This document shows positions 13,543-27,140 of a stretch of DNA of 64,000 nucleotides, in pieces. The position numbers and the translations under genes were made by a program. A model generated the notes under the pieces. The model made no database searches. It saw only the letters and a program-made list of their open reading frames with translations, and was not told the origin of the DNA. Origin of the DNA: Eledone cirrhosa (taxonomy: Eukaryota); assembly GCA_964016885.1 (NCBI GenBank), contig OZ024740.1, forward strand, positions 342,674,001-342,738,000, read 5' to 3'. Positions within the stretch are counted from its first letter, which is position 1. Each line of letters opens with the position of its first letter.

Positions 13543-13901
13543 CTGAAAAATAAGAAAATAAAAAACAAACAAAACAAAACTTAAGGAAAATAAAAAAAAA
13601 AAAAAATAAATTATACAAATGCATTTCTGGATAAATTGGAAAGACTTCAGTTAATTATTCTAGATTGAAGCAAGGGAAAGAAATGATAAGGTTGTTGTGC
13701 ATGATTAACCCTTTAGCATTTACATTACTCTATATTTACTATTATATTTTCATGGTAAAGGCTTTACCTCACATAATTGTGTTAACATCTGATGATATCA
13801 CACTGGTTGCTGTTGTAATGATTTCATAACAGCTCCATATTGGTGTCACTGAAATATGTATTATCCAATAAATACAATTATGTAACAGCTGTCTTAACTG
13901 T

Positions 13902-13932
<31 letters not shown>

Positions 13933-14822
13933 CAGGGTGTGGACGATATTTGTTTGCAATTTTCAACTGCTAATTTTATGCAAATTTTTTTTACTGCCGT
14001 TGTCACTCTTGTCTTCATAAAAACTGACTATATTTCCATTATTTATTTTCAAAATAATTGATTATGAATAATTTTGAACCTCCAAATTTGTGGAAGAGAC
14101 ACAGAGTTCTTCTTGGAATCCACGCCGGAAGGACAAATAAGACCAGAAGATCAACTCCCAGAACAACAGGTGGCTCGCTGTCTCATCCAAAGACGTGCCC
14201 AGAGTCATGCAGACAAAGTTTCCAGCGACAACATTGGTCTTAGGTGTCGTCAGCAGTCAAGGTGACGTCATGCCACCTTACTTCTTCCCTGAGGGCCTCA
14301 AATTGAACACCGATGGTTACATCCGCATTCTGAATGAGGTAGTAAAGCCCTGGATTGACCAGGTAGCTGTAGGTAGGCCGTACGTGTGGCAGCAAGACTC
14401 AGCGCCCTGCCATACCACCCAAAAGACCCAAGCCTGGCTGTCAGAGAACTTCATCGACCACATTTCACCTGACATCTGGCCTCCCAGCTCGCCTGACTGC
14501 AACCCCCTTGACTTCTTTGTGGGGGGTGCAGTGGAACGAGACACCAACAGATCTAGCTGCAATACGAAAGATGATCTGAAGGCCAGGATCACAAGTGCCT
14601 TTAGGGGCCTAAGTCGGGGGACAGTGACAAAGGCATGTAGCCAATTCCGAGGCCGCCTTGAGGCTGTCATCAAAGCCAATGGCAGGTTTATCGAGTGAGA
14701 TCGAAAGAACAAGTCATGAAGACAAACTGACCCAAGTTTGATAAATATATCTTAAAAAATAAAACTACTATGTTACTTTTTCCTAGACAATAATCTTGCG
14801 AACAAATATCGTCCGTACCCTG
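13933..14822 (+). mobile_element. Internally deleted maT (DD37D) Tc1/mariner transposon
   Basis: TIRs CAGGGT(GT/AC)GGACGATATTTGTT(T/C)GCAA, TA TSD; ORF 14195-14698 WQQDSAPCH...WPPSSPDCNPLD with 37 aa between the 2nd and 3rd catalytic Asp. Confidence 0.92.
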
Positions 14823-14879
14823 TATATTATTGTTTAGTCTGGGAATTTTGTCCGACACTAATAATTCTGCCAATCCACT

Positions 14880-15255
14880 ATAATAATTGTTTCTACTTTT
14901 GGCACAAGGCCATCAATTACCCAATGCATTACTGGTACTTTATTTTATCGACCCCGTAAGGATTAAGGATGAAAGGCAAAGTTAACTTCAGCGGGATTTG
15001 AACTCAGAATAGCTAGGGCCGTAATTCTATGCGCCAAAGCATGGCGTCTGACCCTCTACTGATACTGCCAAATAATAATTGTTTCTACTTTAGGCACAAG
15101 GCCAGCAATTACCCAGTGCATTACTGGTACTTTATTTTATCGACCCCGTAAGGATGAAAGGCAAAGTCAACCTCGGTGGGATTTGAACTCAGATCGTAAA
15201 GGGACGTAACTATGCTGGAAAGCATGGTGTCCGACCCTCTACCGATACTGCCAAT
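14880..15255 (-). mobile_element. Two tandem family-A SINE copies
   Basis: Two head-to-tail ~190-bp copies; the second is a near-identical inverse of 25205-25397. Confidence 0.8.
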
Positions 15256-16021
15256 AGTTGACCTCAATGAGATTTGAACCACCATAACAAGAATAACTGA
15301 TTGGCATAATCTCAACATGATATTGTTATAAACTCATCTTGAGAATCCATATATACTGGTAATGTTTCTTTGTAAGCCATTTCTACTCTGCAGCCGGAAG
15401 TTAACAAGAAATATTTGAAAGATGCCCTAATCATGGAAATACTTCGATTTTCTTAGCAAGATTATTCAGTCAAACTAGTGAGCGATATACTATGTTACTA
15501 AGGAAGCTCAATCTTCAAGGATTCTAATCCTAAACATGCTCTAGAAGCAAAGTTGAGATTGATTCTGAGGCCCATTCAGTTGATGTACGGGGTCCCAAAA
15601 CAATGCAAAAAGGTTGGTAAATTCATGCAAATTATTACTCATATAGATGGCATCTATTTTCCTTCATTTGATAAGAATGATATGCATTATATTTCTTTAT
15701 GTGAAGGTATGTTAGGGTGCTTAGCTCATTATCATGATGTTATGACTTTGAATCCTAGTGGCACATGGTGTCCTTGAGTAAGACATTTTATTTCACATTG
15801 CTCATAATGTTCATTCCATTAGAAAAAAATGAATTGAACCTGTAACTAAATAGGCCAGGCTTGTCCTACACTGTCATCCTGAATCTCTCTGAGAATTACA
15901 TTAAGGGTTCACGTGACTGTGGAATGCTCAGTCACTTGCATGTAAATGTTATGAGCATGCTGTACCATTGATCAAACAACTGGAATTCTTATCGTCTGAA
16001 CTGAGGGAGATTCAACACATG

Positions 16022-16314
16022 CAGGGTTGGATTAAGACCTTAGGGGCCCAGGGCACATCAGGTTTAGGGGAGCCCTCATACACAAAAAATTAGAATACAC
16101 AGCAAACCCTCCAATTTTTCATATCAAAGTTAGCTTGGCGCAAGTAATTAGAATTGAAAAGTTATACACACAGGTATTAAATTAAAAAATTCTAACCATT
16201 CTAAAACCAGCTGAGGGCACAAATAAATTGCTACGGCTGTTGCTGGTGGAGCCCCACACTATAAGGGGCCCAGGGTAATTACCACCTTTGCCCCCCCCAT
16301 TAAATCCAGCCCTG
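16022..16314. mobile_element. hAT-type MITE
   Basis: CAGGG(T/C)TGGATT TIRs, subterminal GGGGCCC motifs, perfect 8-bp TSD AACACATG (16014-16021, 16315-16322). Confidence 0.88.
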
Positions 16315-16710
16315 AACACATGTAGTTTGTTATAATTCTGTCAACATTGATAATTTACAGTGGATTTTACTAATTTATCATATCTTTACAAGAGCTTCAT
16401 AAAAAAAAAATAGTAAAATAAGTAAAATTAAATAAAATGAAAAGAATAAAAATTGAAAACTAAAAAATAAATAAAGAAATATAAAATTAAAGAAATCATC
16501 ATCATCGTTTAATGTCTATCTTCTATGCTAGCATGGGTTAGATGGGTTTGTCCCATTGAGAAAAAACATCAAAATTTAAAAGAACTTAATGGTTAATTTC
16601 AAATAATGGTGGTTGTGATAATATGCCATGAGAACCTCTACAGCACCAGCTCTCTCACAGATGGACTTCAATTCAAAACTACCCTCAAATGTAAAGAAAT
16701 ATTTACTTAC

Positions 16711-16797
16711 ACGTATTGTTTTAAATATGTAGTAGCCTGGTTTTAGGAATCCAATTATAATGAATATTACAACGCCTGTCTTGCTTTCTTTCTTCAT
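16711..16797 (-). CDS. Exon 7: MKKESKTGVVIFIIIGFLKPGYYIFKTIR
   Basis: Pyrimidine-rich acceptor ...cgacag, GTAAGT donor, 87 nt, phase 0->0. Confidence 0.85.
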
Positions 16798-17748
16798 CTG
16801 TCGAATAAAGAGAAAATTGTTTGTAAAGTACACTGTGTGTACAGGAAGTTAAACTGAGGAGGTCTGATAAGATAGAAACATGTCCTGAGTGTCACCATAA
16901 CTACTAAAAATCAAACTCACTCTCTACTGCATGTTCTTATTTAATTTTTAATCAACTAGGATTTTTTTCAACATGCTGACTCGTATGTGTGTGTGTGCAT
17001 ATGCGTACATTTATATGTATGAGTATATAAATATAAATGCAGAAACACAGGCACACTTACAAAAATACACACTCACAGACATATATTCACACAAACACAC
17101 ACACATACATTTACGCAAACACATACATACACATACACTCACACACAGCGTAGTAAGTGGAACGCCAGCTGCCATTTTGCTATAGTTTTTTCACCATCGC
17201 TTTCCTTCCTTTTGCACACATTCACACAAACACACACACAGTGTGACAGACAGACAGAGGTCACTCAAATTTATATATAGATTTGAATTTCAGAGTTTTC
17301 TCACTTGCCTTTCTTATCAAATATTGTAATTATTGCTAATGAGGTTTCTTCTCTAAATCAGGTGAAATTTTTACCCAACCATACCAACATTCAAGAACAG
17401 ATGTAAAAACAATGACTCTCTTTCTCTCTATCTCCTTTAAATAAAACAATTTACTTCTGTTTCTGATTTTGTTTGTAGTTTTTGTTGTTGGGGTGGGTGG
17501 GGGTGGGGGTGGGGACCATGTTCTAAATAAAAATCAAACTATTTCTTGTAGACTCACAGAATATCTTTGCTTTATTCCTGTAAAATATTTAACTGGTGTA
17601 AGAATATTTATCTTGTTAATAAATGTTTTTTTTCTCTAACATTCACCTTGCTAATTACCAACTTGAAGAATTGATACTTGTTGGAATTTTAATACTCCTT
17701 TATAAACTTCAAAATTTGTCTGAATTAAATGAAACTTAAAGAACTTAC

Positions 17749-17883
17749 CAACATGTATCCAAGAAAATCCCATGTTAATGAAAATGGAATACCTATAGAC
17801 AGAATGACAATCTCCATAGTGTTTAGAGTTAACATGGTAAAGTTCTGATACCGCATACTAAGAGTAAGTATCACGAAGCTGAC
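17749..17883 (-). CDS. Exon 6: VSFVILTLSMRY...IGIPFSLTWDFLGYML
   Basis: ttccctatag acceptor, GTAAGT donor, 135 nt, phase 0->0, open and hydrophobic. Confidence 0.85.
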
Positions 17884-18349
17884 CTATAGGGAAATATTAA
17901 AAGAATTGGACTTTAAAAATATATTTCAACTTGACATTTAAAAAAACTGGGTTTTATAAATGAAATATATCTGAAGAAAATATGAATAATTTAGTCATCC
18001 AACATGGTAAATAAGATCAGTTTAGCACAAATACTGCACATAATTTTATATGTGGAGATAAGTGTGTGTGTGTAATGATTTATAGGTATGAGACATGGAT
18101 GATGAACTTGACACAACAGAATAGGCTGGAAAGAACACAAATGAGAATAGTTCAGTGGATGAGTGGAGTATTGCTGAAAGAGAGGACAACAAACAATAAA
18201 TGGCAGAGGATAATGAGAATAGAACCAAAGATGAATAGAGAGTTGTAAAGAGAAATGCAACGAGATAGTTGGGTCATGTGTTGAAAAAGAATGAAAATGA
18301 CTGGAGGAAGAAGAAAACCAAGAAAGGCATGGCTAAAGATGGTCTTCTT

Positions 18350-18825
18350 CGGTCTTAGGTTCTTCTGTGCCTTTTGGTGCATCGAGCAGTAGGTAGTTAC
18401 CAACGATCACAATCAGCAGCGGCTTTTTCCCGTCCATGCCAAGTGATGTTGGCTGCCACCAGGCCTTTTTAGAACTTTTGTCACCAGGTGATCCTGGGCC
18501 AACCCCGCCTCCATTTACCGCCAGATGGAGTCCAGTTCATCACCGTTTTCGAGCGTTGTTCATTGGGCAGGGGCAGAATATGACCAGCCAAGCAGCACCA
18601 GTGCTCTGTGACCACCCTCTGCAGCATCCATGACTTGGCTCTCCACAGGATTTCCTCATTTTGCACTCGGTCGCACCAGGACACATAAAGGATCCTTCAC
18701 AGGCACCGCTGGTGGAATACGTTCAGCGGTCTCTCTATCTTTGCCATGTTCTTCCAGGTTTCGCTCGCATAAAGCACTGTTGGTAGCATGATGCTCTTGT
18801 ACAGGTGCAGCTTGATCCTGGCTAA
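18350..18825 (-). mobile_element. RTE-clade LINE 3' fragment (distinct family)
   Basis: LYASETW..., WCDRVQNEEIL..., LAGHIL..., W.P.GKWRRGWPRITW C-terminal motifs. Confidence 0.75.
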
Positions 18826-19244
18826 AGATGATGGTGGAGAAAATGAAAGCCAGGTAATTGGTGAGAGGAGATGCAGATGGTAGGGGGAAATGGAGAAGCT
18901 TGTTATGGGGCCTACAAAATTAATAATTGCTTTAGTAGAGATGGTCTTAATACATTTGTTGTATAAATGTGTGTAATAATGTGTTTTGTTATTGTATTGA
19001 CAGGTGACAATGTAGAATGTAAGTTCTGTTATTGTATTGAGAGATATGTGAGTTTTGTTGTAGTAGTGGAAGATGGTTATATATAATGTATTGAGTAAAT
19101 TATGTTGTAGTATTGGGAAGTAGCTGTGTAGAATGTGTTGTGTAAGTTGTGTTTTAGTATTGGATGGAATCTGTGTAGAATGTATGTTGTATAAAAATGA
19201 CTACAATTAAAACAGATTTCTAGAAGCAAATAAAAACAACTTAC

Positions 19245-19303
19245 AGTGGTTTGAAGATCAAATTTTAATAATGTTGAAAACAATATGACCTGTTTGTACA
19301 TAC
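19245..19303 (-). CDS. Exon 5: SMYKQVILFSTLLKFDLQTT
   Basis: ctttctttcag acceptor, GTAAGT donor, 59 nt, phase 1->0. Confidence 0.85.
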
Positions 19304-21785
19304 CTGAAAGAAAGATAATGATACTTGATTTTTACAGAGTTAAGATGTAGGAAAAAATGATTTGGATTATTTGTTTCAGTTTTCTGCACTTTTACCTTTT
19401 ATCCTTTCTGGACCAATAAATAAAGTACCAGTCCAGGGAAGTCGATTGATGGTATTGATAGTGTGTCAGACAAGATATAGTGTGTCAAACAAGATATTTG
19501 TATTATTTGCTCTGGCTCTTTGCATTCTGATTTCAAATCCTGCTGAAGACTACTTGGGTGGTAGAATTAACCTTTTGCCCAATTTAACACTTCCACCTGG
19601 CTCTTGGGTGCCTTTAGTGAAGTCCATTCTATAGCAAGCATTTGAGCCTGGTTAAAGGTAACCTTCTTCCCTTTCTCCTTATAGGCTTGGAGACCCCGAA
19701 AAGGATCATGGGCACTACATTTCTTCCCCTGACTAAACAGTGAAAGAAATGATATTATATAGTCTTTTGAATTTAGGGGTTAAGCACAGACAGATCTAAT
19801 TGTAATACGGAAATGTAAGAAAATAATGTAGTATAGTTTATATGAAGCATTGTGAAATGTGTGGTTAAGATTGTTTGGGGGAAATCTAGAACTAAAGGAG
19901 TGAAAACATGAGTAAAATAAGACATTTTTGCTTTATATAACCCCAAAATATCACAAAATATAAGGTAAAAGTATAAACTGTTACTTTACTCCTGTTTTCA
20001 TTCCTTTATTTCTAACGTGTATTGTACTGGATTTCATAAAGCAATCCTAACAAAATAACAGTTTTTGCTAATAGTAAGATAAATAATCTCTTTTCTTTTC
20101 AATAATGGTTTCTGATTTAGGCACACTTATTCTTCTTTGCTCACTTATTCCTGAGAGGGGCAAAATCCTCAAACACTCCTATCAGTGGGTCCTGTCAGAA
20201 GCAACTGTCTCCAACTGACACAGCTGGATCCCCAAGCGTAACCAGCCAAGTTCATGAATATTATCCAACGATCTTGCCCTGGGTCTCTTGCCGGTTGGTT
20301 TTGCCTGTAAAATCTGTCCAGCGATTCTTTCCTGAGACATTATAACCATGTGACCATAGTATAGGAGCTGTGATCTCTCAATTATAAAAAGTAGCAGCTC
20401 TACCTGCAATGAGTCTGATCTCCAAGCTTCGCACTTACCCCATAAGGATGAAAGTTAAAATTGACCTTGGTGGGACTTCACTACAGAATGTGAAGAGCCA
20501 GAAGAAATACCATCAGGTGTATTTTTCCAATTCTCTAACAATTCTGTCTTTTCTTTTCAATAATAAAAATATAACTATTGGAATGTATAAGAAGATTCAG
20601 TAAATATTTTATCTCATTCAGACAAAGGGTTCCACCTAAACTGTTAAACCTTTCTTCCTCACAGCAAATTAATTTAATCTACCTCTTGAATTTTGGTACT
20701 TACTATTTGTGGATATTTGTGGATTGACTTCTACATTTTCAACTTAGGTAGATTAGTCATGTGAAAAAGCTAAAATACACATTTGCAATCTCCAATGGGT
20801 GAAAAAGTATTATGATGGGCTAAATATGCAATATGAATTTAAGATAGTTAAAGGAAACTGATGCACATAAGTTGTATGACATGTCTGGATGATAGTTAAA
20901 ATTAAAGCCTGGACATTTATTAGGCTGGAACTTATTCTAGTTTCATATGGCAAAATCCCCTCTCTCAGTGAAACACTAGTTTGTTGCAAGCTTAACTCCC
21001 CAGCTACTGCTGGTACTCATTTTTTAGCTGAGTGAAATGGAGCAACATGAAATAAAGTACTTTACTCAAAGATACAACACTACTTGGTCTGAGAATCGAA
21101 CCCACATATTTATGATTAGTAGCCCCGCATGTGAATCACTAGACCACACAACTTCTCTGGAAGACAGTAGGTGCGGTCAAACTAAAATGAAAAATCAACA
21201 TGTCAATTAATGCAAGATTTTAAATAAAAATGTAAGCTGATATAGCTAAATACTCTAAGACATTTTGTCTGGCACTGTATCAATTCTGCCATCCACACCA
21301 GCTTAACTCTCAACATCCTGTACCATATGAAGTCACACTAGCAAGACATTCTTGAAAAGTATAAAATAATACTATGACTGCATCATATTAAAAATTGAAG
21401 TTTTTTTACTTTAATACTGCAACATTTCACAATGAACTGTCCACTAATAAATATACTATAAACATTTGAACTAACAAACTCGTTTTTAGATATTTTCTGC
21501 AATATCACTACAAGATGTTAATTTACAACCTTGCATATGCAACATTTAGAAAAGATTGATTGCATCACATTAAAAATTGAAGTCAACTTTGATACTGTAA
21601 ATTTTCACAATGATCTATTCACTAGTAAAGACATATGCATTTTAATTAACAAACACATTTTTAGATATTTTCTGCTAAATTATTACAGGATATTAAGAAT
21701 TAAGTAATAACAATAAAATGGTTTAAGCAATAACAAGAAATATAATTAATGTTTAAGGTAGCAAGGAAAATATAATCATACATAC

Positions 21786-21903
21786 TCTGAAGAGCTTCTG
21801 AAGCACCAACTATCTTGAATTCAAGCCAGCCAAACCTCCGTACAACAAGGGTAGCCAAGCAGATATTTAATGGAACAAGTATTGAGGCTACTATGAGACG
21901 GAC
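21786..21903 (-). CDS. Exon 4: VRLIVASILVPLNICLATLVVRRFGWLEFKIVGASEALQ
   Basis: cctttag acceptor, GTATGT donor, 118 nt, phase 0->1; follows a 29-kb intron. Confidence 0.85.
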
Positions 21904-22174
21904 CTAAAGGATTATAATATATATATAACAAAATTAGAATTTGATTTTTCGCTCTCACATAGCCGATTAGATAAATGTATTTATTGATAATAATATTTAA
22001 TTTGTTTGCAAGCAAACAGCATCATTATGCTATGTTTTGTTTTTGATGACCATCATCATCCGTTCGTTCAACATTAGCATCGAAGAACAGCTATGCACAG
22101 TGGAATAAATATTTTAATTAAAACTAACTGATCCCAGTAAGCATAACTGATATTTGTTTCAATAGCACACACAC

Positions 22175-22212
<38 letters not shown>

Positions 22213-22214
<2 letters not shown>

Positions 22215-22815
22215 TCATCATCATCATCATCAACGTTTAACGTCCGTGTTCCACGCTTGCGTGGGTTTGGACGGGGGTAGTCCCACTTGAGGCAAGAGTG
22301 ATTGTCTTGCTCGCATAGGACTGTCTGGCAGGTTTTCTACAGTTGGATGCCCTTCCTAACACCAACCACATTTACAGTGTGGGTCTGGGAGGTTTTTACC
22401 GTGTTGCCTACACGGCCACATTACAGCGTGGACTGTGTGTTTTTTGTCGTGACACCTACACGATCTCATTTGTTTCGGCCTCGATGGCGCGGCACCAACA
22501 TAACTTTACATAGAACGGGGTGGTGTGGATCGGGTGGGGGTGGGGGTGGTGGGACGGGGTGTATTTTGTTAGAGATGCCTACTGGCTGGAGTAGGTTTTA
22601 CTATATATTTAGGTAAGGCGGGTCTTCTCTGTTACTGAGTACCGCCAAAGGTCTCGGTCCAGTGACATTGTCTTGGAGAGGTGTAAGTGTGTGATGTCGG
22701 AGTTTATCAGCTCGTCCCAGGTTTTTCTAGGTCTGCCTATTCCGTGACTACCGTCTATCTTTATTGCCCTGCACTTTGTTATACAGCTATCGACTTTCAT
22801 GCGCATCACGTGTCC
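22213..22815 (-). mobile_element. 5'-truncated RTE LINE in (AT)n
   Basis: YGHVMRMK...GRPRKTW motifs, 3' UTR, (GAT)n tail; both ends abut (AT)n. Confidence 0.92.
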
Positions 22816-23045
22816 ATATATATATATAAACAATATAAAAACTGGAAAAAGGTAGGTGGAAAAGTTAAAACAGCTCAAAATACAGTAATTTATTATAATA
22901 AACAGTACAAAAGTTATGTTTCATACTTCTTTGAAAGATTTTTGAAACAAGCATGTGTACAAAATCCTATTGTGTTAAAAATAATAATCACGCATCAAGC
23001 AAATTATTCATTAAAGTAATTATCAAGTACGGTTTTACATTAAAT

Positions 23046-23093
23046 ATTGATTTACGATCGTTTCGTCCCTTATTGGGACTTATCAAAATCAAT
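23046..23093 (-). ncRNA. Minimal type-I hammerhead ribozyme motif, U3-A8 core
   Basis: AUUGAUU-UUGAUAA-GUCCC aauaa GGGAC-GAAA-CGAUCG-UA-AAUCAAU: perfect 7-bp stem I, 5-bp stem II, palindromic stem III. Confidence 0.8.
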
Positions 23094-23572
23094 CATTCAT
23101 AAGCAAATACCTCATCATATTGTCTCACCAAAAGATCAACAATTCACAGTCAGAGTGTTTGTTTACATTTAAAAAGACGCTATAATGTTATAAACAGAGA
23201 GGCTTAAAAAATATATGTTATCCAACTACAGAGGTATAGCATCAAATCACTTTAGAGCGTTACTAGAAAAAATTATCAAATAAATAACTGAGTAATAGAT
23301 AAAAAAAAATACAGAACTTCGTATATATATTTTTTCTCATATATGTTTTCTCTCTCATTTTGCATCTATGTACTTTTTGTTTTGATTCATGTGATAGAAG
23401 AAAATATTAACTAATTATTTGCCTAATTACTACGTTTCATACTGTAATTTACCCTCCGTTCTACTGTATGGTACTATCGTTCAATATATGGATAATATAT
23501 CTGTAATATTGATCCCCCTTTCAAAACTTCTTACTATAATTTAAACATCTCCCTATTTATTAGTTATTATAT

Positions 23573-23602
<30 letters not shown>

Positions 23603-23606
<4 letters not shown>

Positions 23607-24793
23607 CAAACCTGGAAGCAGGGACTAGAGAGAAAGGGTCTCAAAGTCAACATGACCAAGACTAAGGTCCTTGTAAGTACACGAGAAAACAGAACCCAGA
23701 TCCCCTCGGGGAAATGGCCTTGCTCAGTATGTAGGAAAGGTGTAGGTAGGAACTCCATTCTCTGCCCCAAATGCAAACAATGGGTACACAAGAGATGTAG
23801 CGGGATCTCAGGAAGCTTAATTAAGAATGTAGGATCCACATGCAGCAGCTGTGCTGAAACAGCAAGCAGCAAACAGCCACAGGAAACAAGTACCACCAAT
23901 CTCTGGGAGGGCCCTGTAGAAACAGTAGACAGCTTCTGCTACCTAGGTGACCGAATTAGCAACGGAGGTGGGTGTTCAGAAAGTACAATAACTAGGGTAG
24001 GAACGGGATGGAAGAAGTTTAGGGAACTACTACCACTGCTAGCTGCAAAAGGCTTCTCCCTCAGAATGAAAGGCAGACTGTATGATGCGTGTATCCGAAC
24101 AGCGATGTTGCATGGTAGTGAGACCTGGGCGCTGAAGGTGGAAGACTTACGTAGATTAGAGAGAAACGAAGCCTGCATGCTCCGATGGATGTGTAACAGT
24201 AATATACGTGAACGACAAAGCATAAATGAATTGAGAGAGAGACTGAGCATAAGAGGAATCAAATGCTGTGTGCAGGAGAGGCGGTTGCGCTGGTATGGAC
24301 ATGTGATGCGTATGAAGGATGACAGCTGCATAAAAAGGTGCAGAGCACTAGAAGTTGATGGACACCGCGGAGTGGGGAGACCCAAGATGACCTGGGATGA
24401 GGTGATAAAAGCCGACCTTACCCAATTACACCTCTCAAAGACAATGACACACGACCGTGACTTCTGGCGTCACACGGTAATACAGAGTACCCGACCTCCC
24501 ATGGGTACATGCTGAAGCATATAAACAATATGCCCCCACACCCCCCACCGCAAGGTGGTCGTGGAGGTGCCACGGCAAAAAAGCACCCAGCCCACACTGT
24601 AAAGTGGACGTGTAGGCGCCACGAAAAAGCACCCAGCACTCACTGTAAATGAGGTTGGTGTTAGGAAGGGCATCCAGCTGTAGAAATCAAGCCAGATCAG
24701 TTCCTGTATGAGCAAGGCATGGTCAGCACACAACAGGACAACCCTTCTAACCCATGCTAGCGTGGAAGAACGGACGTAAAGCGGTGATGATGA
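23603..24793 (+). mobile_element. 5'-truncated RTE LINE with PHD-like finger, intact 3' ORF
   Basis: ORF 23652-24515: CSVC...CPKC..WVHKRC...[27 protein letters not shown]; (GAT)n tail; (AT)n at both ends. Confidence 0.93.
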
Positions 24794-25434
24794 TATATAT
24801 ATATATATATATTTTATTTACTTCAATCAAGATTTTAAATTGTAATGTTTTAATTTCTAATTTTCAATCATAATTTCCACTGTGAAACCTTAATATCTAG
24901 AATTAAGTTTATATTCTCTTAGCGGGTGATGGTCAATTCTATTGTCCAAGCATAATTTAGGGGTAGTATCAAGGCCTATTGAAACTCATGCTCTGCCTCC
25001 ACCACCAGGTTTCAGTCAACTGCCACTGGCAGGGCGACTAATAGTAAACTATAACCATGTCATATTACAGACCTGAATGGGGGTGATTGTTTCGTTGGGG
25101 TGTGAGAGGACCTGCCTAGGCGAGTTTCGTAGAGTTTTGGGGTAGTGGATGGTCAACTTCCTTTGGACTTGTGCCTGTGTATATGTATCACAGCATTATC
25201 ATTAAAGGCGGTGGATTGGCAGTATCGGTAGAGGGTCGGGCGCCATGCTTTCCAGCATAGTTACGTCCCTTTACCATCTGAGTTCAAATCCCGCCGAGGT
25301 TGACTTTGCCTTTCATCCTTACGGGGTCGATAAAATAAAGTACCAGTAATGCACTGGGTAATTGCTGGCCTTGTACCTAAAGTAGAAACAATTATCATTA
25401 AAGGACTTTAACATCTGAAACTACTTCGCATTTT

Positions 25435-25465
<31 letters not shown>

Positions 25466-25469
<4 letters not shown>

Positions 25470-25922
25470 GGGCAGCAACTGCAGAGGATATGCGAGAGAC
25501 ATGGGCAGCAACTGCAGAGGATATGCGACGGCTGGAGAGAAATGAGGCAAGCATGCTCCGTTGGATGTGCAGTGTAAATGTGTGTGAACGACCCAGCATA
25601 AATGTGTTGAGAGAGAAACTGTGTCTGAGAGGGATAGAATGTAGTGTACGGGAGAGGAGACTGAGGTGGTATGGACATGTGATGCGCATGGAGGATGACC
25701 GATGGGTGAAGAAGTGCCAGGAATTGCCAGTTGAAGGAAGACATGGTAGAGGTAGACCACGAAAACCATGGGCGGAGGTGGTGAGAACAGACCTCAGATC
25801 AATGAAGTTCACGGTGGAGATGACGAGGGACCGTGACGAGTGGAGAGATGCTGTGCTGAATAAGACCCGTCCCACCCTTGCGAGCAGGGAAAAGCGGATG
25901 TAAAATGATGATGATGATGATA
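25466..25922 (+). mobile_element. 5'-truncated RTE LINE (second subfamily; also 56560-56903)
   Basis: ORF 25490-25903 ETW...RLRWYGHV...GRGRP; very short 3' UTR, (GAT)n tail; flanked by (AT)n. Confidence 0.9.
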
Positions 25923-26360
25923 TATATATATATATATACATATATATATGGTGGCTGCCAACTCGTTTTCGAGTACGGCCACTACTTTATATCCATGTAG
26001 GAGAACCCCTACCGATGCGCTGAACGAGTGTGACTTTTTAGTCCAGCCAGCGACTTGAAAACTCTGGTACAAACACTACACTTGTGACAATTACTGACAC
26101 ATAGTGCTGGGCCCATGGTACCATGTGACGACAAGTGCAGAGAGATCTCCAGATATAAAGCAATGCCTGTGCCGTGAAGCTTTTATAGTGAGCAAAGGCA
26201 CTGCACAAAGCCAGTCCCACTCTCTTAACCAAGATGATATTTACCAAAAAGAAGAACAAGTCAACATCATTGGATACCATCAGGGTTGCAGGTGTTATAT
26301 CAGAGTTTTCCTTCTCCTAGAATTCTGCCTTGACAAAGGCTAAGGGGTCATCTCTCCCGG

Positions 26361-26376
26361 ACATATATACATTTAT

Positions 26377-26421
<45 letters not shown>

Positions 26422-26424
26422 TAC

Positions 26425-26457
<33 letters not shown>

Positions 26458-26478
26458 CATATATACACATATATATAC

Positions 26479-26557
<79 letters not shown>

Positions 26558-26666
26558 CATATATATATATACATATATATATATACATATATATATATAC
26601 ATATATATATATACATATATATATATACATATATATATATATACATATATATATATACATATATAC

Positions 26667-26699
<33 letters not shown>

Positions 26700-26810
26700 C
26701 ATATATATATACATATATATATATATACATATATATATACATATATATATATACATATATACATATACATATATACATATATATATATACATATATATAT
26801 ATACATATAC

Positions 26811-26843
<33 letters not shown>

Positions 26844-26874
26844 CATATATATACATATATATACATATATATAC

Positions 26875-26935
<61 letters not shown>

Positions 26936-27014
26936 TATACATATATATATATACATATATATATACACATATATATATACACATATATATATACATATAT
27001 ATATACATATATAT
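26361..27014. repeat. (AT)n/(ATAC) interrupted microsatellite array
   Basis: Direct reading. Similar arrays at 29961-30626, 31381-33841, 37913-38374, 38575-39502, 40315-41653, 57003-58476, 59095-59865, 60216-60881. Confidence 0.98.
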
Positions 27015-27140
27015 GTAGGAGGTGAGTTTTATTGTAGTACAATAAAGCAATGCAGATATCGGATAAGAAGCACTCTACAGTTTGTAGGTCTGGAGTATAC
27101 ATAATATAAGATCAAAAGATGGTTAAAGGAGTTCCATGTA

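Noticed and set aside
21787-21805. CTGAAGA plus hairpin resembling an HHR core
   Set aside because: No GAAA or stem III; it is the antisense of coding exon 4
24995-25045. Hairpin followed by GAAACC..GGT on the - strand
   Set aside because: No 5' core (CUGANGA/UUGANAA) and no valid cleavage triplet; not counted as an HHR
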